From positions 4,095,223 to 4,159,222 of the forward strand of contig OZ316892.1 of assembly GCA_973895155.1 (NCBI GenBank): DNA of 64,000 nt, written 5' to 3'. Both the position numbers and the translations under genes were made by a program. Below, piece by piece: positions 50,106 to 64,000 of the stretch; positions within the stretch are counted from its first letter, which is position 1, and every line of letters starts with the position of its first letter. The stretch is from Marsupella aquatica (taxonomy: Eukaryota > Plantae > Marchantiophyta). The notes beneath the pieces are model-generated. The model ran no database searches, had not been told where the DNA came from, and worked only from the letters and a program-made list of their open reading frames with translations.

Positions 50106-53100
50106 TCAAGATTTGCAAATCGATTCGCTTTGGATCCTTTCCTCTTTACATCGAGGACAGGAGCAAACAAAACCATAATCAGCAAGCATAGCCTGCCTAT
50201 CTTCAAGGTCTGCATCTTCATCAATATAGCTTATTGTTATCTGCATGGAGGACAGTTCCAAGCAACCAACATTAGATATCCACCACTTGATATGTTCATA
50301 AAAAAATCCACACGACAAGTCAAGGCCAAAAACTAGAGCCAAATTAGACTCTCGATCTCAGACAAAGAATTCAGCTATAAATCGAAAACCGTTATGTGCG
50401 AACCAAATCAGCGACACATCCCCTTTCTTTCGACACCAAGAGTTTCGTACGAAGTTGGGTAATCTCTCTTGTGCCTGTCAGAGGCAGTTTCTCGTAGTAG
50501 AGTCACGGATACGGTGAAATGGCCAAAGCTAGGGGGAAACTTATCTCAAAGGAAAGTACGGTGGATTCAACGAACTCATACGAGCCACCTTTCACTCTTT
50601 TCAGTTAGGCCTAGCTGATAACTTCCCGAAGGATCACTTTTGATAATTCATACTGAAGATGCACTGGCAGACGAGCCACCAAAGAAATATTCATCTTGGA
50701 AATTAGACTATGTTCATATGTAGTCTAAGGAGAAGAGCGAAGGAGAAGAGCGAAGGAGAAGAGCCGGAGGTACTGTACATACCTCCTCACCTTTCCTGAT
50801 TGGCCTTGCTGCGAGCACCACAGCATGGCCATCCCTATCCTGGTGAATATCAATAACAGTCAAATTAGTACTGTTAAGGCTGGCAGTCAAAGTTAAGCTT
50901 CGCAGTTACATAAAGACGGGCATCAAGAGCAATATACTGCAAGACTCAAGACACTAGCACGAGAAAAGATAAATTAACGAACCTTCTACATGACAGACAT
51001 TACCTCTACAAATTTCGCTTTGAAACTTGTAAAACAAAACCTACCTCATCCCTCTTGAAGGCCTTGGCATTGGGCTGACAGGAATGATTGATACAACTCT
51101 GTAGAGCAAAAAATCCTGAACCTGCAACATTGAAGCTGGGGTCAATTTCAAACCTTGAAGTGAAGCAAAACTTTGAGCGGAACCTGTGAGGCCCACAGAC
51201 AACGTGGATCTTGCATGACATTTATCAGAGAAAGAAGCTAAGCAGAAATAACTTCGATGGACTAGTGAAAGGCAGTCAATAAACTTAAACAGCTGTCAAT
51301 AAATGTTGCAAAGTTCAGGAAAGGGTACTACCTTGACAATAAGCTGCATATTCAGAACCCAAGGCATCTAAGAATGGCTTAACAATCAAGTCCGCTTCAG
51401 CCTGGTTACGAGATGTGACATGCAGAGATTTTAGCGAATTTAGTAATTGTCCATAATATTCTGTGCCGTCCAAAGAGATTGCCGTTTACGAATGAGAAGA
51501 ATGGATGCCACCGGGACCCAGAAACAAGGGGTAATTTTGAACAGCCGAACCTACTTTGGCCAAAGGTGGAAGATCATCAATGTATATGAAATAGTCCTCC
51601 ACTGGTGAAGCGACCACTATCTCCCTGAACATGTAACCAGCTAGAAAATTTGAGAGAGAATGTGAGCAGATTTATCTTCACAATGAAGAAAGCTTTTAGC
51701 TTATTTTCAAAAAGAAAAGTGAACATCTACAGGAGAAACCATTACAAGTTGTTTTGCTCGAACATGCCGATAACGTGCCCGTAAACCTCCATAGAAAATA
51801 CTGAAGAATCCAGTTAAGGTTGGACATTGTCTACTACATTGAGATACCAACGTCCTTCAACAAAAGAAAGAACAAGCCCGGTAGAGAAAGAACAAGGCTA
51901 GGACTCCTTGATGCTTCCAACAATGATCCACAAGCACACTTTTACTACTCAATAGAGATCGAATGAAAATTTAAGGAATCGTACGTCTACTAGACTCGAG
52001 CTGGTTAAGGAGAGCAGAGAAAGGGAAAGAGTCGAGAAGGTAGTCGTTCACAAGGATACAAGGTGAAAACCCTTCTTCATAGACAGCTTCTTTCAAGTAT
52101 TTCAAGGACTGCCAAACCAACATCCGACTGGATAAATTTCTGTACAAATTATGTATCCAAAAGTGTTTTCTTAATAAATAACTCATGAATACTTGTGCTG
52201 TCTTTAGTGTGGTTTTTCATCATTCATGATCAAACTCAAACTCTACCACCAGTATACTGTTCGAACATCTCGTTGCTTTAAAAGCTGGGAGCACACTAAT
52301 AAAGCAAGTTGTTGCTGATATTTCCAACATTATGTTGATTCTTTCAAGATGACCTTTATATCTCAATCATTTTGGGAAACAAACCTTGGAGGCAAGCCCT
52401 TGTATCTGTTCTCTGAACGCTGTTTCCTCTGAGGAACTCATCCCGGATGGCAATGCAACAGCTTCCCACCACCTTCCACCCACACGGCAAAACGTTGGCA
52501 AAGTCAGTACATAGCAGGACCAACCAGCTGCTTTCACCCTAAATTAGACAGGCCAAACAGCTCCCTTAGAGCCGAATAATTACCTGTTGAGAACGCATCA
52601 CACTTCAGATTATAGACTTCGGGATGAACCTTACAATTTCTTGTGGCCCATTGCAAAGGGCTCCCAAGCCTCCAGCAAAATATCGAGATCGTCTTGTTCT
52701 TGGTCAAGACCTGTCAGCTTCCTCCGATTTTGATGTTCACATTTCTCATTCTTTAGTCTCCGTCCTTGCAAGATAGTCCCCGAGATGACCTACAGGATTC
52801 AGGCCCAACACTTACCCAGGATTACTTATGCTCCGTTAAATAAAAACTTACAAGTCATGTCGTCACACGGCAATCGATATTTACATACCTGGGCAGCAAC
52901 ATGAAATATGTCATTGGTTTCTGCACACGATAACTCGATGTTACAAACAAACATCAATTTTTTTCCAAATTCGAGCAATCGGATATTAATATATGAATGT
53001 AGTGGAACTACACAGGGCGCACACGTGTTCTTGACAGCGCATAAATACGTGAATCAGTTTTATAAGGATTCTCAATCCCAGTCCCAAAGCAGTATAGCCT

Positions 53101-55143
53101 ACCTGTAAGCTGACCAACACACATAATTCAGGGCAAACTGTGACCTACCATCTGCAAAGTCCTTGAATCTGGCCAGGGCTTGTTGGTCCTGACACAGAGA
53201 ACCTGGACCACTGCATAGAAGTGAGTGGTAGCTATTCCATGCGTCACCTGCACATGCATTGCTGGCACCAACACCGCTGTTACCAACTCTTAACCAGAAG
53301 ACGCTCCTACCTGCCTCCCAAGTACAGCTGAAAATTGACAGGTTCATCCAAATACTCTCCAGAAAAATAGATGGGTGCAACACTACAACTTCAAGGTTCA
53401 GAAAACTGGAGTTAACTTTCTTAGCGAGAGCCTACACTACCTCAGAGCAGATGAAAGCCACAAAATCATTCTGCAAAGGACATTTGAAAACAATTCTGCA
53501 ACATGGTGACTTCGCTACTACTTTAAAACTTGATCATTAACACGAACCTGCAAAAGAGTTCTTCATTGCAACCACCAAGGCAATTTATTATTGCGGGTAA
53601 TGGGAAGAGGTCCCTTTCAGGCAAGCTAATGTCACCATTCAAAAGTGCGTTCACGAGCTTTGCTGAGATAGGTTTCTTTCCACTCGGCAAGTCCTCACAA
53701 CCACACCCTTCTTCCCCATCATTACTTTCCTGTCTACTAGATTCGTCGATATCCATAGCTAAATCCTCAAATCCCCTGGAGTTGGACGCAGCTATTATTG
53801 GTCCATGTGTACTAGTATGCGATTGGTGATGATGTTGGGAAGCATCGGGTAAACACTCATCTCCTCCCTCAAGAAGTCGACGTCCAATTTGAAGCTCTAG
53901 GGAGCCGATGTACTGGAAACAGAAACTGCAAACCAGAGCATCTGCCTGTTTGATTGAAAGACGTTCACAAATACAAGATGTCAGTTAGACCTCACAACTG
54001 TATCCTCGCTGTGCAAAAAAGAACAAGTGAATGTAAGTCATGGCCTTTAGGAACGTTCTCAAAAGTACTTTACATATACAGCAAAATACTTCAAGGACAG
54101 AAAAGAGAGGGCACCTTATTTGCAGTGTGTTGAGCTCCAACCAGCTTAGGTTCTCGTAGCACAAGATCATCCTCCTTAAAATCTCTCTCAGCAAACAAAC
54201 CTGGAGGCACGCATTACGTACCAGGGATGCATTATATAAAGGAGATGGCATGGCATGGCATGGCATGGCATGTGCACGGTTCAGCGCACACCTTTCACTA
54301 CCAATTTGGAGAATCGGTAAAATTAGAACAAGGGTACATGAATGCCCTACCTTTTCCCAGAGCACCTCCAATCTGGTCCACTCGCAACCCAGGTCCTCTT
54401 CCTGATGCTGACAGCTTATCATAATAATTCTGGTGGCACAGTCCCATCCAAAGTTTTAGATGTGGACACTTACTACACTCATGGCAGAGAAGCTAGACAT
54501 CACACATCTACACTAAACTTGTCATGGACACTGCAACTGCATGAAGATAGTATTCAATACTTGCTCTGCGCACAAGGAATCTCAAGGGTTTTAAAGTTTA
54601 GAAGTAAGAATTGTAAAGAGCCCCCTATCGAGCCACTCTATTGTCCCTCAGTTTCTCAACTCAAAAATTCGGCTGGTATGTGAACTCTTATTCACCCACA
54701 TCCTTCACAAGGCCAAACTAGTTCAAATCTATCCGCGATTGACACTTCACTTGTTACAACGAAGTGAATAACCGACTACAAACGAGGCAAAATCTCTGAT
54801 ACAACCAAAAATTCAATGCAAGTTCCCAAGCATCGTCAATGAGTGACTACATCGTCAATTCCCCTCTAACAAAACTAATGGATTACTTTTCAGAATTTAT
54901 AACTTTCAAAGACGGACGATGAGACAAAGACCGCCTTCGCTGATAATATTGGACTCCAATGCAATGCGCGAGATGTGACATAGAATTAACAAAAACGATA
55001 GAAGGGATACTACTCATAGAAACAACAACAACCACAACAACAACATCAAATATTAAATACTACAAACTCACCCGCATGGCGGAATCGGGCGGACGTGCCA
55101 GCAGTTGCTCCACCATGACTACAGACCTGAGCTCCCTCGGCAT
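50106..55143 (-). CDS. ATXR2: SET-MYND histone-lysine methyltransferase of the ATXR2 type, ~15 exons
   Basis: Exon translations VEQLLARPPDSAMR / NYYDKL..GKG / LVGAQHTANK / CLVCSFCFQYIGS..CLGGCNEELFC / HSLLCSG / WWEAVALP / YGHVIGMFEQNNL / VVASPVEDYFIYIDDLP / LQSCINHSCQPNAKAFKRDE / ISYIDED..LADYGFVCSCPRC are collinear with Arabidopsis ATXR2 as recalled. Start codon uncertain. Confidence 0.92.
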
Positions 55144-55213
55144 CAGTCAAGTGACAATTTTCTGGACGCGAACGAGACTTGGGTGAGGAAACTACGGACA
55201 ACAATTGCGAAAG

Positions 55214-55227
55214 TTTAGGGTTTAGGG
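55214..55227. promoter_or_regulatory. Telo-box-like (TTTAGGG)2 in the ATXR2 5' region
   Basis: Two plant telomere-type repeats ~70 bp upstream of the putative ATG; function inferred only. Confidence 0.35.
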
Positions 55228-56094
55228 TAAACCCCCAAATGCCACATAGAACGATTCATCTTGGAGAACACCTTGCTGCTGGAGGACGTCGAGCACGACA
55301 ATGCCGTGTCTGCTGCTGCTGCTGTAGACAGAAGCACCGTCGTCATTTTCTTCTCCCACAGCGTTCACCCTGTAAACTCAGAAGGCCCGCACGTCGAGAG
55401 ATACACCAAGCGCCTTAAACCCCTGAAACTACAAGTTTCGTTTCCAAGATTGGTATGCAACCAGTCCAATTAAGATGGTTGTAGAGTATCTTGTTGACTG
55501 TATTTGGTAATTTACAACTATAATAAAGGATCCTGTCGTTTTTAGTCCTTCTTTCCCATACAAAAAAATTTCTGGGCAGGGAAAATCCAGAGCCATTGGA
55601 TTTGATTAGCTGTTTTTGCTCACCATTGATGAAAAAAATGTACACCCTATCACGTATTTGCTTCCCGCTGCCCCATAATGCCCCCGGCCAATCCCTATGG
55701 GCCTACCCTCCTTGCACACTGGCATAGAGCTCGTCTTAGTATAAAAGTGCAAGGATTGGTATGCAACCAGTCCAGTTAAGATGGTTGTCTAGTATCTTGT
55801 TGACTGTATTTGGTAATCTTATTATAAAAGCGCCAATAAAAGTTTACTCTTAAGGGTCACGGTCTAGAAGGGTCACGGTCTAGACAGTAACTCTCCCTAT
55901 AGAGACAAGGCTGATAATGAGGTTCAATAAGGTAAACATCTTAAATGAGGATGAACAAAATTGACATTAACTAAAGACAAACCTGAAATGAGAATGGACA
56001 AAAAACAAGGATGAGTCAAAGACTGATCAAATAGCATATAAATTGTAGCAAGATTTTCCTTCATATCCATATATGTTGAAGGAATGGGTCATGG

Positions 56095-56735
56095 GAGCTA
56101 GTTTTCAATAACTTTGGTTTGTCCAGAAATAGTGTGACTTAACATGTTTAATTAGTGTGATTCCTGATGAAAAAACAAATTCACACTAATTCTATAATAT
56201 TGGTGTCACACTAATTAGTTTCTTGTTGTCTGGTATCTTGTTGACTGTAATTGGTAATTTTCAATAACTTTGATTTGCCCAGAGTGACTTAACATGTTTA
56301 ATTAGTGTGAATCCTGATGAAAAAACAAATTCACATAAATTAGTGTGAGTCACTCTATAATATTGGTGTCACACTAATTAGTTTCTGTAACTTGTTGACT
56401 GTAATTGGTAATTTTCAATAACTTTGATTTGTCCATAATAGTGACTTAACATGTTTAATTAGTGTGATTCCTGATGAAAAAACAAATTCACATAAATTAG
56501 TGTGAGTCATTCATAATATTGGTGTCACACTAATTAGTTTCTTGTTGTCTGGTATCTTGACTGTAATTGGTAATTTTCAATAACTTTGGTTTGTCTGTAA
56601 ATAGTGTGACTTAACATGTTTAATTAGTGTGATTCCTGATGAAAAAACAAATTCACATAAATTAGTGAGTCACTCTATAACATTGGTGTCACACTAATTG
56701 GTGTCACATTAATTGTTCATTCACACTAATTGCGG
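56095..56735. repeat. AT-rich tandem repeat (~160 bp x4) with CACACTAATT/AATTAGTGTG inverted motifs
   Basis: ttttcaataactttg..gacttaacatgtttaattagtgtga.tcctgatgaaaaaacaaattcaca repeated four times; part of the unit also occurs at ~55450 and ~55755. Confidence 0.85.
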
Positions 56736-56755
56736 TGGACTGCGTACTAAACCTA

Positions 56756-56950
56756 GCCCAGATCCTATACTTACATTTGCTCTACTCTAGAGAAACTCTA
56801 ACCTTAATTCACTATCTAGTCACATGGTCGGGGTTAGAAGCCAACAACCCCGGCCCAGACAGCCTTTTTCCTATAGTTACTTTAGATTGTGTCCAAGCAC
56901 TCCCGTAATCACTTGCTTCTCTAGAGTAGAGCAAAGTTAGTATCTGGGCA
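56756..56950. repeat. Short inverted-repeat (MITE-like) element
   Basis: cccagat..atact..tttgctctactctagagaa pairs with ttctctagagtagagcaaagttagtatctggg; TSD not established. Confidence 0.55.
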
Positions 56951-58111
56951 GGGTTCTATCCTGCACCCTGTTTACTAGCATTTTGGGAACAGGGTTCAGG
57001 CTAGAACCCTCCAAAGAAACTCCTTTATATCCAGGCAAATCCAGAAATGGTTACAGGCTAGAACCCTGCAAAGAACTTCTTTATATCCAGGCAACTCCAG
57101 AAATGATTACCCTTATATCAGGTAATTATTGTCCCTATCCAGGCACCTCCAGAAGGCAACTCCAGAAATGGCTACACTTATTCATGTAATTATTGTCCCT
57201 ATCCAGGCAACTGCAGAATTAGTTACACTTACATCATGTAATTATTGTCCCTAAAAATGTGACAGATTACTGTAATAGCAAGACCTACTTTACATATTCT
57301 AATTGCTGTCCAGAAAAAAGGTTACATATCACAGAGATGGTTACACACAGGTAACCTGTATTCCTGACAGCAATTACAAAGGATGATCAATATTTTTCAA
57401 TAGAACTGAAGCCTTGTAAACAGGATCCAAACGATAATCAACGTGTTTCGATAGAACTGAAGTCTTGACAACAGGATAAGAGCTGACATATCTGGGACAA
57501 TGGAAACATGATCATCTCCAAAGATCTGAAACTTTGTACCTTCCTAAATTCTGTAAGCCAGTGGATGGCAATTAACATGGTTGCCGGTGATATTCATACG
57601 CTATATGTTGCTCCAAAAACGACAAGACACCAATGAGGATGTTGTCTTACATAACACGAAAAATCTGTACTCTAATGAGCAGAGAAGAAGCCATGCAGAA
57701 TGCAGAAGACAAATTCTCAATCTCGAAAGACACATCGGTCTCATAAATAAATCAAGTTTGAGGGACGAACTTGACGTAGAATACCCAAATCATTCCAAGC
57801 GAAGATGCACAGTGATCAATATTGGGTACACAAATCCGTGCACGAACAGCAGAGGTCGACCCTTCAAAAGAACCTTTGTCACTAGAAACTACTAGGTCGA
57901 TCATGCACCTCGGAGCATTCGGGAATTGACCAAGCTTCAGGGGAGTAGACGTACCATAATCTCTCCGAGGAAGCACAACGAAATGAAGTTGTCAACGATA
58001 TCACTACCTACAGTGGCAAAAATCCTTCCACACGGACCCCCAGCATGAGAAAGGGTCATGTGAAAAGACGAACAAAAAGTACAATGGCTGCTTCTAGAGC
58101 TACAACAGAGG

Positions 58112-58846
58112 CTACAAACTTCCTAGTGCCTTAGAAATCTCGGAGGTAACGTCTTTCGGAGATTTCTCCGCATGAAGATGGGCCACTATTCCCTTCCGTT
58201 CATAATAGTCAACCACAGGGCTCGTTTGCTGATGAAAGGCCTCCAGCCTGCTCTTGAGAACGTCCGCATTATCGTCCTTCCTCTGGATCAGCTTCTCACC
58301 GGTCACGTCATCGATCCCGGCCTTCTTGGGTGGCGCGAACTTTGTGTGGTATGATCGTCCACTGGCAGGGTGAATCCAACGACCTGTAATGCGCTCTTCG
58401 AGCACAGAATCTGCAATCTCGAAATCCAAAACCTTATCTATCTTGGTGCCCTTTTTCGCAAGCATCTCATCCAACTTCTGAGCTTGGACCACCGTGCGAG
58501 GAAACCCATCCAGAATGAACCCTTTCGAGCACGACGGACGCTTCAGGGCTTCGTCAATGATGCCAACGACGAGATCGTCACTCACGAGCTCTCCCTTCTC
58601 CATGGCCTTCTTCGCCACCACTCCAAGAGGAGTTTGTGCCGCCACCGCGGCCCTCAGCATGTCTCCAGTGGCAAGATGACAGAGGCAGTAATCTTCTTTG
58701 ATCACGGGAGATTGAGTCCCTTTTCCGCACCCGGGTGGCCCGATGAGGATCAATCGCTTCTCAGACTTTGGAGCGCATCGCAATCGCCTCAACACCTCGG
58801 TCATGAGGCTATCAATGGGCACGTCCTCCAAATTTGGCGTTGCCAT
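58112..58846 (-). CDS. ADK: Adenylate kinase (AK2/plant ADK3-4 type), 244 aa, no coding introns
   Basis: P-loop [10 protein letters not shown]; HLATGDMLR; [13 protein letters not shown]; [10 protein letters not shown]; [19 protein letters not shown]; QRKDDN. Confidence 0.97.
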   Translation of the reverse strand: MATPNLEDVPIDSLMTEVLRRLRCAPKSEKRLILIGPPGCGKGTQSPVIKEDYCLCHLATGDMLRAAVAAQTPLGVVAKKAMEKGELVSDDLVVGIIDEALKRPSCSKGFILDGFPRTVVQAQKLDEMLAKKGTKIDKVLDFEIADSVLEERITGRWIHPASGRSYHTKFAPPKKAGIDDVTGEKLIQRKDDNADVLKSRLEAFHQQTSPVVDYYERKGIVAHLHAEKSPKDVTSEISKALGSL

Positions 58847-60055
58847 CTTCCCAAGTCTCGATCGATCGAAAGAGAAGAGCTAATCAAGACGCGTCCGAGG
58901 AACAAATCTACTGACTTCCCAGAATCCCTGTCCCCGTTTCCTCGTTTACTCAATGTCAAGACGATCCAGCAAATCCGGCGGCTATGCAACAATGGCAGCT
59001 GTCTTGAAGCTCGAGTCGGCCCTACAAAACCGGCAAAAAACGGCTGCACCCGAGACCAATTTAAAATCTATAGGGTATTTAAAGTGCTCATCACGCAGTA
59101 ACCCAGAAACGATCCGCATGACAATCTCCAGGTGCCACTTATTGCAGCCAACTCCCAAGTCTGAGGTGGTCATTGCATCCAAAGATTTACCTCTTAGGGT
59201 AGCAACACAAAACTAAACACAAACACATAGAAAATCCGCGGAAGAAAGATTCTTTCTCGTCTTTACCTAGCCCTCCAGCATGGTTATAAAGAAATAAAAA
59301 GTCTTTCAAGATATTTCCTTCTCTTACAGTAGTCGATCACTAAATCACTTCGCCAACAAAAAGAATCAACAAATGCTAATCGTCAGTCTCCGGCCGCGCA
59401 GATGTCCCCTTACAACGAGACTCCCCGCTCTGTCTAAGACTAAACTCGAGACCATGGATTACTTCTCCACATCGCCGAACATCCGTCAAATGGACGGGGG
59501 CACACAAAGACCTAATAGGGGCGAACTACTAGTCTCTCACATCTCACCAAACTCGAAGATCTCCAAAAGACTGCTTCAAACAGATGAGACCACAAGCGTG
59601 TTATCAGCTCGATTGATCGATCGCCAGAGAGAGCTAGAGGGAGATCTTCGGGACCATACCTAATCACACATCGAAGGAGCGAGAGAGCAACCCGCAGCTG
59701 CCGATAGATCACTCCCTTCCGTTCTTTCACTCGCGCGACCGACCAGCAGCACCTCCCTCCATCATTCAAGCATTTTGGTGGATCGATCTCCTCGAGTCCT
59801 CGTCGCCTCGATCGCTGGTCAGTAGAATAGCAGAATCCAACAATTGGAAAGCTGTGACACCTACTCGCAACCTCCGAAGAAATGGCAGCCCCTGTGATGT
59901 TGGCGTTGTCACAAAATCGTCGTGGAAACCTTCTTAGAGTCTTTACTTCACCAACTTCAGTCAAATGTGCTCACACGATTTCTCTGAGCTCGGATCCGAT
60001 TTCTGCTGTCACGCGGAGTAATCGAAAATTTTCTCGTCTCCCCTAAAACAAGAAT

Positions 60056-60442
60056 ATGCTCTCATGGACCACAACGTTGGTCTTTGAAACCCCCATGGAC
60101 CACAATTCCCAAAATTTGAGTTTAATTACAATAATCTCATGTTTTTCATTCAAATATTTTTTGGTTTTTAGTAGGTGCTAGAGGAGTAGGTAAGCTACAC
60201 TTCCATAAAAGTGACCGTGATTTTTTGGCCATTTTGGTTGAATTATTCATCATGGAATTATTCATCATATTAGGTTAATTTCTATTGCATTAATATGAAA
60301 TATTAGGGTTTGTGTGCTTTTGTGTCTCCTCCTTCTCTACTTGCCTTTCCAATGACAAACTAAAAATCATTTTCAGACTCATGGATCATCAAATAAGCCC
60401 AAAACTCCCAAGTACCACCAAAATGTGGTCCACGGGAGCATT
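60056..60442. repeat. Inverted-repeat-bounded AT-rich segment (possible MITE)
   Basis: ATGCTCTCATGGACCACA at ~60056 versus revcomp ATGCTCCCGTGGACCACA ending ~60441; no TSD identified. Confidence 0.45.
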
Positions 60443-63400
60443 TTGTCCAACGTGGTGGTCGATCCAAGCCTCACTGTCCCGCTAAAAACTTATCGTTTTG
60501 TTTTTCAGGATTCTGTTTTTGGCAACTGAAGCCCAGGTCTACCAAGCACGGGAACCATGCAACCCAAATGGACCCTGATGCCCTTTACACCTTCACTCGT
60601 TGACACCTTTCTTGTAGCCCAGATGACTGTACCCAGCACATGAACCATGCATCTCAAATGGATGTAGACATCCTTTACATGTTCATTTGTTGACACCCTT
60701 CTTGTAGCAGAAAATGTTTCAGTTTTCAATAGACTAATTATAGATTTATCTATAAACTCACATGTTTTTTTATGCTCTAGAGGCAAATACACCCTTCCAG
60801 TTTCTGAAAATGTTTCAATTTTAGTAGAGTACTAGATTTTTAAGGAAAAATCTAGAGGCTAATAGTGCCAAGTAAACAAAGTTGGGGCAGAAGGTTAGAT
60901 ACCATACTAGAGTTTTCTGTAAAGTGGCAGACTTAGGTGAGTTCTCTATTATTTGGTAGGGTTCAGACTGAGTTTTTGTGAGTCATCGGGTAGTTTTAAA
61001 GGATACTCATTCTAGGATTAACTAACCACATTTTTTTGAGTTTCACCCTCTAATTTTAGATATAACTCTAATGTGTCCTAAAATGTGAGAATTCTGAAAA
61101 ACTCATGGTGAGATTGCAAATTGCTTGTGCTCTGATCCTATTTCTGTCTTTCTAGGATGTTACGACGAGCAATGGAAACTATTTTCTTCTCCCCTAAAAC
61201 TTATATGTTTGTCTTTCAGGTTTCGCTTCTCAAAATTGAAGCCTGGATGGACCAAGCCCTTGAACCATGCAACCCAAATGGACCATGACACCATTTCAAA
61301 CCTTCCCTTGTTGACACCTTCCCCAATTCCATAATTAAATGTTTCAAGAGTAAAGTTTTATATGTCTATAGACTATAATATGCAATCTCACTCTTTCTTT
61401 CTTATGTGGTCTAATTAAGAAATGTTGCTTTCGCCAGAAGCCTCCCTGGCCATTGGATTATGGTGATATGTTTCCCTAACCATGAGATGGACATAAGGGT
61501 GTTAGTGTGCCCTTTCCCATGCCCGACCCCCACCAAACCTGTCACTCTCCTTAACTTGCACACTGACTCCTTGAATCCAGTTGTCAGGCCTACTTGCTGA
61601 TCAGCGCTTTCCTGCCTGGCCATCTCACTTATGTTCATCAACACTTCCACTCAACATTGTTTACTATTGACATTAATAACTACACAATGCACAGGTATTG
61701 GACTAGTCTTCAATACCTCTCTTGATGCTCAATTGAATCGGGTTTTAATGGGCCTGTTAGAATCCTCCTTGAAACATCCTTCCAATGTGTCTAACACAGT
61801 TAGTTTTCATGAACATTTGAGAAAGATGAGAATTTCTCAAGACTACGCGGTCACTCACTATCCACACTTTGTCCTTCCAATAGATTTTGAGTAAATTGTT
61901 CGAGTCTATATCAATGCCTCCCTCAACATCCAATGAAAGTAGTCTACTTCTAGGTTCATTAGAAGAGACTTGGAAAGATCTTTTCAATCTACTTAATAGA
62001 GGGATTTGCTTGTTGGGACCTAACATGAAAATGTTACTTGATAGGATTTTTTGGGTCCGTTGATTCAAGGTCAATCAACAGTCTGGATCACTCAAGGGTC
62101 CTACCAAGTAACACATTTCATTTTGGGGTCCCATCAACTTTCATGGGAGGGATATGCTTAGGAGACCCCCTACCAGTAAAACTTTTCCTGATCAGCCCCC
62201 AAGAAAGTTTTTGCCCTGATCAACCCCCACTTAATGAGCCGTACACTCGGTTCTTCTATAAGGCAAAAATGCACATGCATGTCCTTACGGTGCCTTACCT
62301 TGTCACCACAACAGTTGCCTCGTGTGCTTGACCATGTCTTTGTGTATGTAGTGGGGCCGCAGTTTCCTGCTGTCGCAAGTCTAACTCAATTCCCTGGTTA
62401 AGATTTGAAGACATTATGGATTATGTCTTCAAATTGTTTTAGAGTTTTGATAAGTTGGGACGCAATGTGCTGTGGAGCATCAGTGTCACTTTTTCTTGTG
62501 GGTTCTAGGCAGGAGCGTCATTCTCTTATGGGTTTAGGCAAGCACTATTATTTAGTGAGTTTGGGCAAATTAAGGCAATGACAAGATTAGGCGGGCCCAA
62601 AGTCAGTACGCAAGGCTTGAAGCAAAGCTTGACCCCAAGTATAAACTAGCAAGCCATGTGGGACTCTTTTCTAATAATTTTAATGTTTATTTTTAGGTGA
62701 GCCTTATGTCCCTTATGCCTTTTAGATATGCCATATTAGTCCTGGAAATGCAAAAGTGTGTATTATTAACAATATTAACCACGCTATCCCTGGGCCACAA
62801 TAACCAGAAGGGAGAAAGGGGTTTAGGGGTTAGAGTTTGTGGTTTGGAATCAAACAAATTGAGTATGATTAAATTGGTAGTGTTTATTGCCACAAGCATG
62901 TCCTTACCTTTGCATATTAGCGATCATGATTCAATCCCCGATTCAATAGACAAGTGCTGAATATGAATGCAACGAGAACCAGGGCTATCAGCTACTAACA
63001 AAATCCAATGATAAGGAAGACGCCAAAGAGTAAATTCAAATGAATATGAATGAATAAAAAATCCCATGAAAACCCTCGCTTCAGTTGATATGAAGGTGTA
63101 AGGTACTAGTTAGTGTCTCCATGTGAAATAATGACTACATCAAGTTTTTGCCATTTTGTCCAAAGCCCAAAGACCACCCATGCCCAACTCTTGCATTACA
63201 AAACTAGCTGGTCGATCAAATGTTTATGGGGGACATTCTTTGTCATTAAATGCAAATTCCTTACATAAAATCCTTCAGTTTGGAGGTAGTCAAAAGGTTT
63301 GGGAAGACCCTAGGCAGCCCACTAATTGACAGCCAGGTAGGATCAGTAAATTGCAAGCAAAACACAAGTATTTATGGATTTAGGGTTTAAAATACACATT

Positions 63401-64000
63401 GTCTTCATTGGCCTTTTTCCCAGAAAAAATAGTCTTGCCATGTTTGTGCAGGCAGGGGTCCGTGAATGGCCGAGACTGGTGGTTTTCATAGACATTGTGG
63501 AGATTGTCTTCAAATAACACTTAGCATTGTTTGTAAAAGTGGTTGTATTGCGTGTGCACAATTGGCACTCCCTTTACATGTCATGCCTGCCCCCATATAT
63601 GATGAGGACAAATATAACCTTTTGATTTAAAGAATTACCCTCTTTGAAGTTTAAATCTCAAAAGGGGAAACGGAATCATGCTGGGCTTTAGTTCTTGCGC
63701 AGTTCTATGGGATACTCTCAGGCTCTTTGGATTTCATGGGTTTTTTTTTCTGTTTCCTCCTTTATTGGGTCTTGTGCCCACTGTTCTTTGGTAGTGTGAC
63801 ATATGTTTTGAGATTTGAATCTCCAAAATATGTATTACAGTGCAAACAAACAAAAACACCAATGAAACCGGGAGACAAGGTCCCAAAGGCAAAGGGAAAA
63901 GGAGGGGACAAAACCCAAAGAAGACCAAAGAGGCCAAACAAGCAACCAAAGATACTACAAAGTGGCCTTTAAAACTAATACCCTATAGGGCAGAGAACTA

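Noticed and set aside
55220-55346. Extra N-terminal ATXR2 exon or uORF (MTTVLLSTAAAAD..., minus)
   Set aside because: An in-frame stop precedes the conserved exon and splicing cannot be established without transcripts
58370-59101. 243-aa plus-strand ORF overlapping ADK
   Set aside because: Antisense shadow of a GC3-rich CDS with no motifs
61400-64000. Short ORFs at the right end as genes or retroelement domains
   Set aside because: No recognisable motifs, termini or consistent exon structure

Overview
Eukaryotic land-plant DNA, probably non-seed or bryophyte-like (inferred from gene and TE content; species not determinable). Host genes: first coding exon of an EER5/THP1(PCID2)-like gene (-), a 12-exon CNOT11 (+), an ATXR2-type SET-MYND gene (-), an intronless adenylate kinase (-), and a U1 snRNA with a changed 5'-splice-site-binding sequence, followed by a 68/136-bp satellite. 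About half the window is transposons. (i) A 7.3-kb TTAA-flanked Kolobok-like element with an intron-containing DDE transposase and a convergent KolX-like gene. (ii) A four-level nest: a TA-flanked MITE holds a full-length Ty1/Copia element (TSD CGAAC), which holds a 17.2-kb Sola-like DNA transposon (TSD ATTT, 32-bp TIRs), which holds a Gypsy-like remnant. The best candidate for an undescribed system is the Sola-like element. Opposite its transposase it carries a spliced gene fusing a ParB/Srx-like domain to a beta-class N6A/N4C DNA-methyltransferase-like domain, then an FCP1/NIF HAD phosphatase, with arrays of 21-bp palindromes in the divergent promoter and in an intron. The core TE genes carry stops or frameshifts. 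All family calls come from motif recognition by eye; no searches were run.
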